From Gnetum montanum (lineage: Eukaryota; Plantae; Gnetophyta): DNA of 64,000 nt. How positions within the stretch are numbered: the first letter of the stretch is position 1; the number at the start of each line of letters is the position of its first letter. The position numbers and the translations under genes are program-made. Below the pieces are notes generated by a model. The model saw nothing but the letters and a program-made list of their open reading frames with translations. It had not been told where the DNA came from and searched no databases. This document shows, piece after piece, positions 36,319-48,329 of this stretch. The stretch is taken from positions 186,001-250,000 of the forward strand of contig MNCI01002119.1 in NCBI GenBank assembly GCA_015680685.1. The letters run 5' to 3'.

Positions 36319-37960
36319 TGAAACACCATAAAATTTTGAAATCCTCTTGCTTCACTAGGGTCTTGGAATTTAGGCAAGGGTTTTGACAAGTGTAATGTCA
36401 TGATCATTGGGCAGGAAAATGTAAACATAGAAGATAGATTGTGCAATCTGACAAGTTTTCTACTTCCAGGACTGGCAGGCCCGATGGAATCTCTAGCTTG
36501 CCCATTGGACAATTCACCTAGCTATCAGTCTAACCAAAAACTATGCTAGGAGCTGTCGATGATGCTCAGGATGGGCAAAATAGTTTGACAAGTTTTCTAG
36601 TGAAGAAGTCTTCTACACTACGCTACACTGTGCAATGTAGAAAGCCTTTGAAAAATCAATCAAGTGTCCGAATACAAGTTTTAGCAAGATTTTTGCGCAA
36701 GACAAAGTCAGAATTCATTCAACACAGGATGCTATGCTACATAGCATAGCACAATGTAACAAGGGAGAAACATGAAAAGACTCGTCTGAGCAACTGTTTC
36801 GGTAAAAGGATTGCATCTAACAGCATTGTGGCTTCAAAAACTAATATGTCTCAATTAGCTCTTGAACCACAGGCAAAGTTTTCTCTTATGAAGCCCTGCA
36901 ACTTTGACAAAAATGCATGTTACATTGGCTGCTACGCTATGCTATGCTACGTAGTGTAGCATAACATAGAAAAAATGAAAATCAATAAAGTGCTTCAAAG
37001 GTTAACCCGGTATGTGCCAAGACTTCCATCAAATGTTGTTGACTCCAAAGAAAGTTTCCTGTTCAAATTGGTGGCTACACTATGCTACGCTACATAGCGT
37101 AGCATAGTGCAGCAAGCAGCTATGCTATGATGATGTGCTACACTACATAGCGTAGCACAACGTAGCGAGCATCAACGTTACTCTAATGTGCTAGACATGC
37201 ATTGTTAGCATATTGGATTCCAACATCTCCAGTATTGACAACATGGTCATAGCGTAGCAAGTTCATGACTGGCGTTGCACATCTACACAGTATGGGCATG
37301 TTAACATCTCGTGGGGTCCAGGACACATGGCACCTAAACCACATTTTTCTCCTACTCCTAGCCCTATAAATACCCCAGTGAAAAATTCTCAAGGGGTTGG
37401 CATTTTTTGGCATTAGCACTTTTGGGTTGGCTTTTTTTTTTGGCATTGACAAAGGGCAGTTGGCTTGTTAGCATTTGGCACAATTGGCTTGTTGGCATTT
37501 TGCGTTGGTTGGCTTTCTTGTTGGCTTGCAAGTTTGCATTCAATAGCATAGTTGGTATATTTTGAGTAGCTTGGTTACTCTTGAACTCTCTGTGCACCTC
37601 CAACATTGTATAATTTGTTATACATCCCTTAAACAAAGCAAACAATCAAACCTACAACCTTGAGGTGGTGCATTTTCTTACCTGAGTTTATTCTATTATC
37701 TCTTTATTTTTATCGCTGTTTGGCATCATTTCCTTCATTCCTGCATTTATTGATTATTGATTTTACCTCACGTATTCTGCATTCAAAACAACGTTCACAT
37801 AAGGTTAAGTTACACCAGTTAAGTCCATGACTGATCGACCAAACTGTTCAAGGCGTCCCACTTCTATTTTATCCACCACAGTCCTCACATGGATCTACGG
37901 TTAAACTATTCACCCAGAAACCTCTCAGTGTTCCATCCATCAACATTTTTGGTCGCTACA
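36319..37960 (+). repeat. E2 3' LTR
   Basis: Preceded by PPT AAAGAGGGG (36306-36314); TG..CA termini. Confidence 0.95.
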
Positions 37961-37965
37961 CCAAA

Positions 37966-38420
37966 GACCCTAACTACACTGCTACACTACCATTATGCCT
38001 GTATGTACACCACGTACCACTCTCACCTCTTTTCCTACAATAGCTATGCTCCCTCGTTTGGGGTGGTGCACTTTCATTCTCAATTTCTATTACATTTTTC
38101 AAGAATTTTTCTTTGGTATTTAGCATAAAACTTGCGTTTTCTCATTGTTTTATATGTATTTGCACATTTACATTGCTACCCTTAGGCCAAGACACCCCAC
38201 TGCACTTTGGCTTAGCCAGCCTTGGTGCTTGCATGTAATGTTGTATAAATCCCTTTTGTGCATGGTTGTCTTAACATCTTGTAAGTCCCTATCTGATCAA
38301 CAAGACCATTTAGGGCAGCCCATCTCTAGTTTCTAGCATAGACCTCACACATTCTTAGGGTTAGGCTATATGCCTGCTAACCTCTCAATGTTCCAGCCAC
38401 TAAAATTTTTGGTCATCATA
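37966..38420 (+). repeat. E1 3' LTR, right part
   Basis: Colinear with 1481-1935. Confidence 0.93.
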
Positions 38421-39010
38421 GTGCATATGTTTGATCTTTACTTCACATTGATAATGTAATGATAGTCACATGTTCTTAGAGATAGCACATGGCCCCCCTT
38501 GTTGGGTTAGGATGAGATTCGAGCTACATTTTTAGCATTGGTTCTTAGTGGTTACATTGTTAGGACCCTTCCCTCATCATGATGGTTGGATTAAGGATGA
38601 AAATATCTTTGCCCCTGATGAGAATGCAATTTTGAAGTGTTGCCTATGGTCATTCTTTGTTTGGCATTCATCATGTGACAATAGTTTCATGTTTCTTAGG
38701 ATGGCATGTGTTCCCTCTTGGTGAGTTTAGACAAGATTTGAACCATGTTTTGAGCTTTGGTTCATAGTGGTTTCATTGCTGGGATGCATCTCTCACCTTG
38801 ATGGTTGGATAGAGGATGGAAATGTCCTTACCATTGAGGAGAATGTAATTTTGAAGTGGTTCTTATGGCCAATCTTGTTTTCGCATTTGTAATGTGATGA
38901 TAGTTTCATGTGCCTCATGATTGCCATGGCCTATGTTGTTGAGTTAAGATGAGATGTGAATAATTCCTTCAATGTCAGCTCACAATGGTTGCATTTTTGG
39001 AATAAATTTC
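38421..39010 (+). repeat. ~219-bp tandem repeats (probable IGS subrepeats)
   Basis: GATGGTTGGA recurs at 38581 and 38800 (period 219). Confidence 0.85.
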
Positions 39011-39649
39011 CTATTTTGCAAGATGTGATAGTGGTTGTGCGCATGTAAATGACTGTATCAATTTGATGTGGTTGAGGTAGTAGAGCATCATGATGCCCTT
39101 ACAGGGTAGCATAGAGTGTGTGTTTCCTTTGCCTAATCATGGATTCGACCACTTAGTAGCACACAGGTGGTAGATGCAGGTTCATGTGCACATGTTGGAA
39201 AATGAAGAGGAGGTAGGTTCTCTTTTCCTTCATGCACATTCAGTTGTTTGATTCTTTAGTGTGTTCCCCAAGGGGGCCTTGGATAGTGCAGTGTGTGCTA
39301 CTTCCTATGTGGAACTTTATTTGCATAGAGAAGCACTTTTGAGGAAGCTCTCTTGAGTCTAGTTATCCTATCAAGGATGTTGGAACCCATTGGCATACCT
39401 CGATGTTAGGAATTTTTGGAAATGTTGGATAGTGTGGGTAGTAAGTTGTGAACTTCTACAACACCTTTGACACTTGCATGTTCATGGGTGAGAGTAAGGC
39501 TACATTTGTCATCATTTGTGATGTTGTGTTTCTGCACATGCAATTGCACAACTTGGGGAAAGATACCCACGAAAGATGTTGTGTGAAATGGATGCAAGGA
39601 GGGTTATTTGTGCCTTTCAAGTAAGGAAGGATGATGGTGCCCATGGCAT
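39011..39649 (+). other. Putative rDNA promoter/5' ETS-like spacer
   Basis: Lies between the subrepeats and the 18S 5' end; call is positional only. Confidence 0.55.
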
Positions 39650-41462
39650 TACTTTTTTGATCCTACTAGTAGTCATATGCTTTTCTCAAGTATTAAGTCA
39701 TGCATGTCTAAGTATGAACTACTTCAAATGGTGGAATTGTGGATGGCTCATTAAATCAGTTATAGTTTCTTTGATGGTACCTTACTACTTGGATAACCAT
39801 AGTAATTATAAAGCTAATATGTGTAGCAAATCTTGACTCTTGAAAGGAATGTATTTATTAGATAAAAGGCTGATGCAAGCTTGATCATTTTCTTGGTGAA
39901 TCATTGTAACTTGATGGATTGCACAACCCTTGTGTCAGTGATGTTTCATTCAAATTTTTGTCCTATCAACTTTCGATGGTAGGATAGAGGCCTACCATGG
40001 TTGTGATGGATGATAGAGAATTAGGGTTCAATTCAAGAGAGGGAGCCTAAGAAATGGCTACCACATCCAAGGAAGGCAGTAGATGCATATATTACCTAAT
40101 CTTGACATGGGGAGGTAGTGATAATAAATAACAATATCGAGCTCATTAAGTATGGTAATTGAAATGAGTACAATTTAAACCCCTCAATGAGGATCATTGG
40201 AGGGCAAGTCTGGTGCCAGTAGCTATGGTAATTAAAGCTCCAATAGTGCATATTTAAGTTTTTGTAGTTAAAAAGATCATAGTTGAATCTTGGGATGGGG
40301 AAATTGGTCCACTAATCTTGTGTGCATCAATCAGTTCATTCCTTCTATCAATGACATGGTCCTAGCCTTAATTGGTTGGGTTGTAGCTCTAACACTGTTA
40401 CTTTGAAAAAATTAGAGTGCTCAAACCAAGCCTATGCTCTGAATACATTAGCATGGAATAACGTGATAGGATTTTGATACTGTTATGTTGGCCTTCAAGA
40501 TAGAAGTAATGATTAATAGGGACTATTAGGGGCATTCATACTTCATTGTCAGAGGTGAAATTCTTGGATTTATGAAAGATGAACTACTAGAAAAGCATTT
40601 GCCAAGAATTTTTTCATTAATCAAGAATGAAAACTAGGGGCTTGAAAATCATTAGATACCATCCTAGTCTCAACCATAAATGATGTCAACTAGGGATCAA
40701 CAGATGTTGCTTTTAAGACTCTATCAGCATCTTCTAAGAAATCAGAGTGTTTGGGTTCCAAGGGGAGTATGGTTGCAAGGTTGAAATTTAAAGGAATTCA
40801 TGGAAGGGCATCACCAGGATTGGATCCTATGGCTTAATTTCACTCAACATGGAAAAACTTATCAAGTCTAGACATAGTAAGGATTGAAAAATTGAGATAT
40901 CTTTCTTGATTCTATGGGTGGTGGTGCATGGCTGTTCTTAGTTGTTCGAGTGATTTGTCTAGTTAATTATGTTAATGAATGAGACCTCAACCTACTAAAT
41001 AGCTATGTGGAGGTACACCCTTTGTATATAGCTTCTTAGAGGACTATGGCCACTTAGGCCATGGAATTTTGAGGCAATAATATATCTATAATGACCTTAG
41101 ATGTTATGGGCCACATGTGCACTACATTGATGCATTTAGTGAGCTTCTTTCCCTAGTCTGAGAGGATTGGGAAATTTTGTATAAATGCATCATGATGTGG
41201 ATAGGTCTTTGCAATTATTGATCTTCAATAATGAATTCTTGGTAAGCATGAGTCATCAACTCACATTAACTACATCCCTGCCCTTTGTACACACTACCTA
41301 TCACTCCTACCAATTGAAACGATCTAGTGAAATGTTCAGATTATGGCAACGATGATGGTTTTTCCATCATCGACATTGTGAGAAGCTCACTGAACCTTAT
41401 TGTGTAGAGGAAGAAGAAGTCATAACAAGGTTACCATAGGTAAACTTGTGGTAGGATCATTG
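39650..41462 (+). pseudogene. 18S rRNA pseudogene, full length, heavily C>T/G>A mutated
   Basis: Starts TACTTTTTTGATCCTACTAGTAGTCATATGC; GTGCCAGTAGCTATGGTAAT; TTGTACACACTACCTATC; ends GTAGGATCATTG. Confidence 0.97.
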
Positions 41463-42290
41463 ACATGCACATGATTTGAACCATTCATTACAGTCTTGTG
41501 AGGTGCTCGCGATGGGACATCCTATGAATGAAAGTGGTCCATTGGGTTCTATGTTTCTATTGTAGTAGCAAAGAATGATTGAAAGACCTCTATGAAGCAT
41601 CCACAATGGTGGTTCCTTAAAAGGACAATCAAGGGTGATGCCCATCTATGTGATTTCCCTATGGTAGGGACTTCATGCAACACCTGTGGGAGAGCATGCG
41701 CTTAGTGGGACATGAGACGTTGCATCTAAATTACACCTCATACGTTTAATAGATTAATGCCTTGAAGGGAATGTCATTGCCTAGGTAGATTTTAGGGGAA
41801 AGGATCAATCCAGAGTGCTCAAAGGATGGGGTTTTGGTTCCCTCCTAACAAAGGATGTGTCAGCCATGATCATTGCCCTTTGTTGAGGATAGGTGTAGAG
41901 ATGTTCATTTCGGGAGTGAAGACCCTTGAATGGAGCATCTCTGGCTTGGTGAGAAAATTTTGATTCTTCAAATACATTCATGATTGGTGAAAATGTTCTA
42001 AACATATTTAAATATAGCCTAGATGTGAGGGGGACATACAAGGACTACTCTCTTTTCCTAGCCATCCAATTCTACAAAAATAGAGGCACATAAGAGGGAG
42101 GGATAAGATGCAATGGTTGGGAGTAGTTCTCCTTTCCCATCACACATGTTCAAGATTAATAGCTACCTTTAGCCTCTTGATCATATGGTATGTCATTCCT
42201 TTGAACATTGTAGGGTCATTGGGGACATTACACTGAAGAACTGCAGTGTTGGTGCTTCGTAGGTTCTCGTTCTACCTATCCATTGTTGCA
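41463..42290 (+). other. ITS1-like spacer, truncated (no 5.8S found)
   Basis: Follows the 18S 3' end directly; no 5.8S motif recognised before the junction with E3 gag. Confidence 0.55.
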
Positions 42291-42292
42291 TA

Positions 42293-44270
42293 GCAAGGTT
42301 GTCATTATAGTGGCCGCTGTGGCAAACGAAGAAAACCCCAACAACAACAAGAACAACAATAAAGCGATCATAGTAGCACCTAACCCAGCACCCAACCAGG
42401 GCAACGTAGCTCAACCCTCCACATCTACATCTGAAACATCTGCACTACCCAAGCGAAACTTTGAGCATAAAGATCGCTCTAAATATACTTCACTGCCTGT
42501 CAAGCCTTCAAAACTTCTAAAGAAATTACTAGGGATGGGGTATATCCAACATAAGTAGATGTCAAATGAGGGAGTCAAAAAACATCAATGGTACTATGAA
42601 CTCCTTAGGAACCCCTCATTGGCTTTGCCCAATGAGCCACCAGTTCCTAAGAATTTCAAGCTGGAGTGGTTCTGTGACTACCATCAACAGTGTGGTCATG
42701 ACACAGATTACTTCATGGCATTAAAAGATGACATCCAAAGAATGATTGATCAAGGGAAACTGGTTTTAGACAAAAGAAACCCAGTGTGTCTCAAAAATAA
42801 ATCTTTACATCTCTATACAGAAAATTGGCTACATTACCAACACCATCGGCATTGACAATAATCCTAAACCTTCCTAGTAGCTGTTTGTGGTTTGTGTGCC
42901 TTAGCGTAGCGCACCAACACCACTAACAGCTAAGCAAACTTTGTAGAAATCATTTTTCCTGAGAGTCCCTGCCTAGACATCTACTCCTTCACCGCTTGTA
43001 AGCAAAAAAGCACCACCGTTGCATGCATTAACACCATTAGTGCCATTCATCATCACGGGACCAAGTCATTTAATCACCCCTGCCCCACATAAGAAAACAC
43101 CTCAGTCTTCTCATCCAAAAAAATGAGAAGAGCATTTGAGAAGTGAGGTGTTGATGGAACATACCACCCCAGGTATTTCCAAACCTACGTCCTCGTCCTC
43201 TGCATCTACGTCCTCATTGCCAAAGGATGACATTACTACATGTGCACAGTCATCACCACCTCACCTGAAAGGGTCTGATCTTAGACCCACAACTGTCTCT
43301 CCTCAGCAAATTTGTCTCCTAGGACGAATGGAAGAGGAGAAAGGTAGTAAATAGGAAGGTGTCCTGGACCTTTTAAGCCTTCTCACTTAGGTCAAGCAAC
43401 CTTTGAAACAAAAAAACATAATGTTAAGCTTGTATGATTGAATTATGACTTCTATTGCACACCGTGAGGCTTTGGTTCACATGTTAATGGAAATACCAGT
43501 TGAAGAGAACATGCCAGCAAAAGAAAAAGTGATTCACTCAGTTATGCTTCCTTCAACGCCTGTAGAACCACAACCATCCCAATTGACTTTTTGCGATGAT
43601 TTCATTAGGGAAGACCCTAAAAAGGTTTAGGTGACTACAAAATCTCTTTTTATCATAATTTGGGTCAGTCAACATAAGATCCAAAGGGTCCATGTTGATG
43701 ATGGGGCTACTACGAACGTCATCCCATTCCCTATTGTGAATAAGGTGGGTTTAGTTGACCAAATCAGACCCATGACAACATCCTGCTTAAAGTTGTTCAA
43801 CGAGGCATGGGTCGTGGTGAAAGGCATGGTCCACATTGACTTTGTGGTAGGGGACCAGTTCCCCACTAATGCAATGTTTATCATGGTGGAAGAGATGCCT
43901 GGGTTTAACCTGATCTTGGGGAGGTCATGGTTAGCACAACTTAGGGTTGTCTCCTCACCCATACATCAGGAGATCCATCTACCGTATGCAGGCAAGGAGA
44001 TGATAATCCACGGTGATGAGGTGGCAACGTAAGCAAAAAATAATGTAGATATGGAGCAGGGATCATAGGTCATAACCTCCAAGAACGAAGTTCTTGTCTC
44101 CATAAATATTAATTACTTGGCAAAAGAGCCAGCCTAACATGCTAGTTGAGAAAACAAAAATGTGTGGGCCAAGTTGCCCTTCCAAGTAGAGGACAATGAT
44201 GTAGACAAATGCCTTAGGAAAGTGTCTTGGCCTTATGCCTTGCCCAATCCATGATGGGTCATAAAGTAGT
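42293..44270 (+). pseudogene. gag: E3 partial gag-protease
   Basis: WFCDYHQQCGHDTD; IQRVHVDDGATTNVIP..FNLILGRSWL. Confidence 0.9.
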
Positions 44271-44414
44271 TACACATAGTGTAGCAACCCCACTGCTTTC
44301 TGCCCCGTTAACATCCTTTGTACATTTACTGCTTATTGGCTTCGCATTCATCCATCTATGCTAGGTACACCAACTTACTTTTCTAAAATCGTTAACATAC
44401 CTTATGTTTATGCC

Positions 44415-44757
44415 ATGGCCCAAAATGGCCTAAAAATATATCACCCCATGGCTCGAAATGGCCTAATACTAGTAATGGCCTGAAATGGCCTAAAACTAGC
44501 CATGGCCCAAAATGGCCTAAAACTAGTGATGGCCTGAAATGGCCTAAAACTAGCGATGGCCTGAAATGGCCTAAAACTAGTGATGGCCCTAAATGGCCTA
44601 AAACTATGCATGGCCTGAAATGGACTAAAACTATACCATCACCCCATGGCCCAAAATGGCCTAAAACTATATTGCACCATGGCCCAGAATGGCCTAAAAC
44701 TAGCCATGGCCTGAAATGGCCTAAAAATAGTAGTGGTCCAAAATGGCCTAAAACTAA
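44415..44757 (+). repeat. 27-bp tandem array ATGGCCTGAAATGGCCTAAAACTAG
   Basis: About 12 units, expanded relative to E1 and E2. Confidence 0.9.
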
Positions 44758-44911
44758 AATGAAAAACATAGAAAACAATCACATAGATAACATACGTAAC
44801 ACATAAACTAGAGTAGCATAAATCTTGCCATAATCTATTTTTCATTCAAAATTTCCCTTAGACAATGTTTGCAACAGTTTTACAAAAATACAAAAATCAA
44901 AAGCCCTGTTG

Positions 44912-45189
44912 TCATATGTCATCTTCCCCTGCATCATTTCCCTCTGCATCTCCTTCTTCTGCATCATCATCATTTCCACCCTCTAGAGGCCCTACTTCTT
45001 CATCTGGAATCTGCACCATAAATATGAAATAGTCAGCTAGAGTTACACATAACAGCTAGAAAAACATAAACTGTTGCATCGCAGAAAGTGACTAACCTAG
45101 GATGGCCCCACATCTATCTCATGGGGTATGCAATCCAATCTGATCCCGAGGCAGTGCTAGACCTCCTCCTCTATAATATCCACCCAATG
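44912..45189 (-). pseudogene. E3 remnant of the antisense gene: last acidic exon and end of the preceding exon
   Basis: GTTAGT..CAG intron followed by IPDEEVGPLEGGNDDDAEEGDAEGNDAGEDDI*; matches E2 NLDEDARYFEGRNDDAEEDDVGEDDA*. Confidence 0.8.
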
Positions 45190-46485
45190 CCTATCACTCA
45201 GGTGGTACACATAGCCTTTTTTAATGCTACAGACACTCAGGATTGGTACGCTAACATTAAAGCCTACCTGCAACATGGCAAGCCCCCAATCGAATTGACA
45301 TCTACCTAGAGAGATGTGATCCGCAAGTGTGCTCAGCAATATGTGCTCATGGGAGACAATGCCTTGTGCAAACGCTCCTATGATGGGATATTCATGGCAT
45401 GCGTAAATGAGGAGCAAGCATAGAAGGTCATTAATTAAGTACATGAGGGACTGTGTGGTAGACACATAGCACCTAGGCCCATGGCTACAAAAATTAGATG
45501 CCCAGGGTACTACTGGTCTCATATGGAGCGTGATTGCCTAGCCAAAGTCAAGACTTGTGATACATGCCAAAGATATGTAAATCTTATACATGTTTCACTT
45601 ATAGAGTTGCATCCAACATAGATCATGTGGCCTTTCCAGCGATGGGGACTAGACATCATAGGACCTATCACGCCTAAGTTTTCCACAGGGCATAGCTTCA
45701 TCATCACTACCACCAAGTATTTTACAAAGTGGGTGGAGGCTATTCCCCTGAGGAAGACTACATCCCATCAAAATTTCCATTTCATCTTAAAGAACATTGT
45801 GACAAGGTTTGGGCTTCCCATGACTATTGTGACTAACAACGGGCCATAGTTCAGTAGTGCAGAAACCAAAACATTTTGCAGCAATCTTGGCATTAGGCAA
45901 TTGTTCTCCTCGTCATACTATCCACAGGCGAATAGACAAGCAGAAGCTACGAACAAGTCCATCATCAACTTGCTCAAAAAAATTCTTAACAACAATAAGA
46001 GACGATGGCATGAGCAAATCCTCTATGTGCTATGGGCTTACAGGATGATGTGTAGGACTGCAACAGGTAAGACACCTTATAGTCTTATTTATGGATCTGA
46101 ATTGGTGTTACCTCTTGAGTTGCAAGTACCATCACTTCGAATGATCTTTTCGAACATCATGAGCGAAGCCCAGAACAATGAGTCAAGGATCATCGACCTC
46201 AACTCCATAGAGGAGGAGCATGAACAAACACTTGGTTGCATAGAGCATTATCAAAACAAGTAATGGTAGAAGCATCATGCAAACCTACGTCAACGGTAGA
46301 TACAAAAGGGGGATCTCATTCTCAAGGCTTTCTGTGAGCATGTGAACAAATTCTTAGCAAACTGGGAAGGTCCGTTCATGGTTACAAAAGCCTATAGGAA
46401 TGGGGCCTTCAAGCTGCCAGACATGGATGGCAACGAGTTCATGAATCATATAAATTGTTCATACCTCAACCTATACTACATCTGA
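45190..46485 (+). pseudogene. E3 integrase
   Basis: WYANIKAYL; WPFQRWGLDIIGP; YFTKWVEA; QAEATNK; NWEGPF. Confidence 0.93.
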
Positions 46486-46504
46486 TGCATAAGCAAGATA
46501 AGCA

Positions 46505-46975
46505 AACATCTACTACAATGTAAAACTGGCAAAGGTAAGAAAACATCCACTATGACGTAAAACTAGCAAAGGTAAGCAAACATCTACTACGACGTAAAAC
46601 TAGAAAAAGTAAGAAAATGTCTCCTACGATGTAAAACTAGCAAAGCATGTCTGCTATGACATGAAATTAGCAAAGGTAGTCTACCATGACTATAAACTGG
46701 CACAGACTGTCTACTATGAAGTAAAACTGGCAAAGTGTGTCTTCTATGATGTTAAACTGGCCAATCCACCATCCACTACAATGATAAACTAGCACAGTGG
46801 TCTGCTAGGACCTTAAACTAGCATAGCGACCATTCGCTATGACGATAAACTAGCATAGCAGTCTGCTAGGACCTTAAACTAGCACAACAGTCTGCTAGGA
46901 CCTTAAACTAGTGCACCATGGTCTACTAGGATCTTAAACCAACACATCAGATGGTCTACCATGACCTTAAACTAC
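46505..46975 (+). repeat. E3 3'-UTR tandem array
   Basis: About 15 units of CTACGACGTAAAACTRGCA / CTAGGACCTTAAACTAGCA. Confidence 0.9.
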
Positions 46976-48329
46976 GTTTGCAGCATGACCTCAACATGCA
47001 TCTATGACACTACAAAACAAGCAAGCGTGTAGTTCCTTAATGTAGTTCACAATGCTAAGAAAACACCCTTGGGAATATGTACAATGCCACTGCCCCTAAC
47101 ATCATGCTAATCCTCCATAGATGTCCTATGACATCTTGCTGACCTTCTAGAGCTACCACTACCATGGCCCTTTGCCCTGGTAGTAGCTTTTGTAGTCAGC
47201 GGCTGTTGCTAGAGTTCCAGCACTATTGTGGCCCATCCACAATGTTGCTATCCTTCGGCCCCCACCAGTGTCCAAGCCCAAAAGATGTCCAGCTATTGGG
47301 TAGCCCATCTCACAGCTAAACTACATAATGTTTTCCTTGGGCGGGGACTCCTGAGCACTTACATCACCAAAATTCCTAGTTGCCTCGGTGCCAACCTCTC
47401 CAAGCAAATGTTTCCAGAACTGTTGGCGGCCTTTCTAGTTTGGACATCGAATGGCTCAGCAACAACGTCCATTGTTCCAACAGCGTTCAAATAAAGCAAG
47501 ACCCTTGCCTTCATTTTACATCATGGTTGCTTCCTCCATTTTGCTCTCTATTGTGTTTGTAGGATACGTACCAGAGGGGCATCGATCAAAGGTGCATTTC
47601 ACCACGGAGGCAAGACACCACATCGTTCCATGGTAGTTGTCCTGACTAGCTTAGCCACTTTGAAGTGCATATCCTATCCTCCCCCTTAGCCTCCTTTACC
47701 TCATTCCTTACACCTGCAATTCTCACTCTCACCTCTTTTATGAATTTTCTTGATGCTTGTAAAGCCCTTCCATATGCCCAACCGCAAAGTCCATGACGCA
47801 TGTAATGCAACTTGCCACATGGGAAGCATTTGTAGGCAAGTTAAATCCCCATATGGATGTAACAAAACTCATCCTGGGAAAGAAATACCTATCCTACAAC
47901 AAGGTTTTTTGCAAATGTAAATGGTAGAACAACAAAAGAAAAAAAACGTAAAAGAGAAAAAGCTTGTGCAAAAAAAAATCGTGCCTAAAAAAAATGGCAC
48001 ACTAGCTATTTTGCAATGACACTCTCTCAACATTACAACGAGAGGTCAAAGATCAGCAAAAGAAAATATGACCATGAAAACAACTCCCTCAAAATCATTC
48101 TGATGAGGGACCTTGCTAAGTCTCATCTTTACCATTTTGCTAGACCTGCTCCCCCTAGTTTAACCTTTCCCCTTTTCCTGCACAGCCATCCTAGCACTCT
48201 CAAGCATAGCTGAGAGACATCTTGGTGATTACTAAAGAGTGATGTTGGCATCTTGTCTTTCATGGTGTTTCATATTCTTTGTCGATGCCTCTCAGGTCCT
48301 TTCTCCAGATGTTGACAAAGAGGGGCCAA

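Larger units (their letters stand above)
19340..37960 (+). mobile_element. E2: full-length 18.6-kb Tat/Ogre-type LTR retrotransposon nested in the E1 3' LTR
   Basis: TGAAACACC..GGTCGCTACA termini; TSD CCAAA at 19335-19339 and 37961-37965; the empty site CATCCCAAAGAC is present in the E1 5' LTR; both LTRs 1642 bp. Confidence 0.96.
177..38420 (+). mobile_element. E1: full-length degenerate Ty3/Gypsy Tat/Ogre-type LTR retrotransposon with two nested insertions
   Basis: Starts TGAAACACC at 177, ends GGTCATCATA (CA>TA) at 38420; 5-bp TSD GTGCA at 172-176 and 38421-38425; paired LTRs, PBS, PPT; gag-PR, RT-RH-aRH-INT order. Confidence 0.95.

Noticed and set aside
44392-44845. ORFs with LGHFRP / GPKWPK repeats
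   Set aside because: Translation artefacts of the 27-bp (multiple of 3) tandem array
46505-46975. CRISPR-like repeat/spacer appearance of the 3'-UTR arrays
   Set aside because: Linkers are only about 6-15 bp and related to one another; there are no cas genes; the context is a eukaryotic retrotransposon UTR
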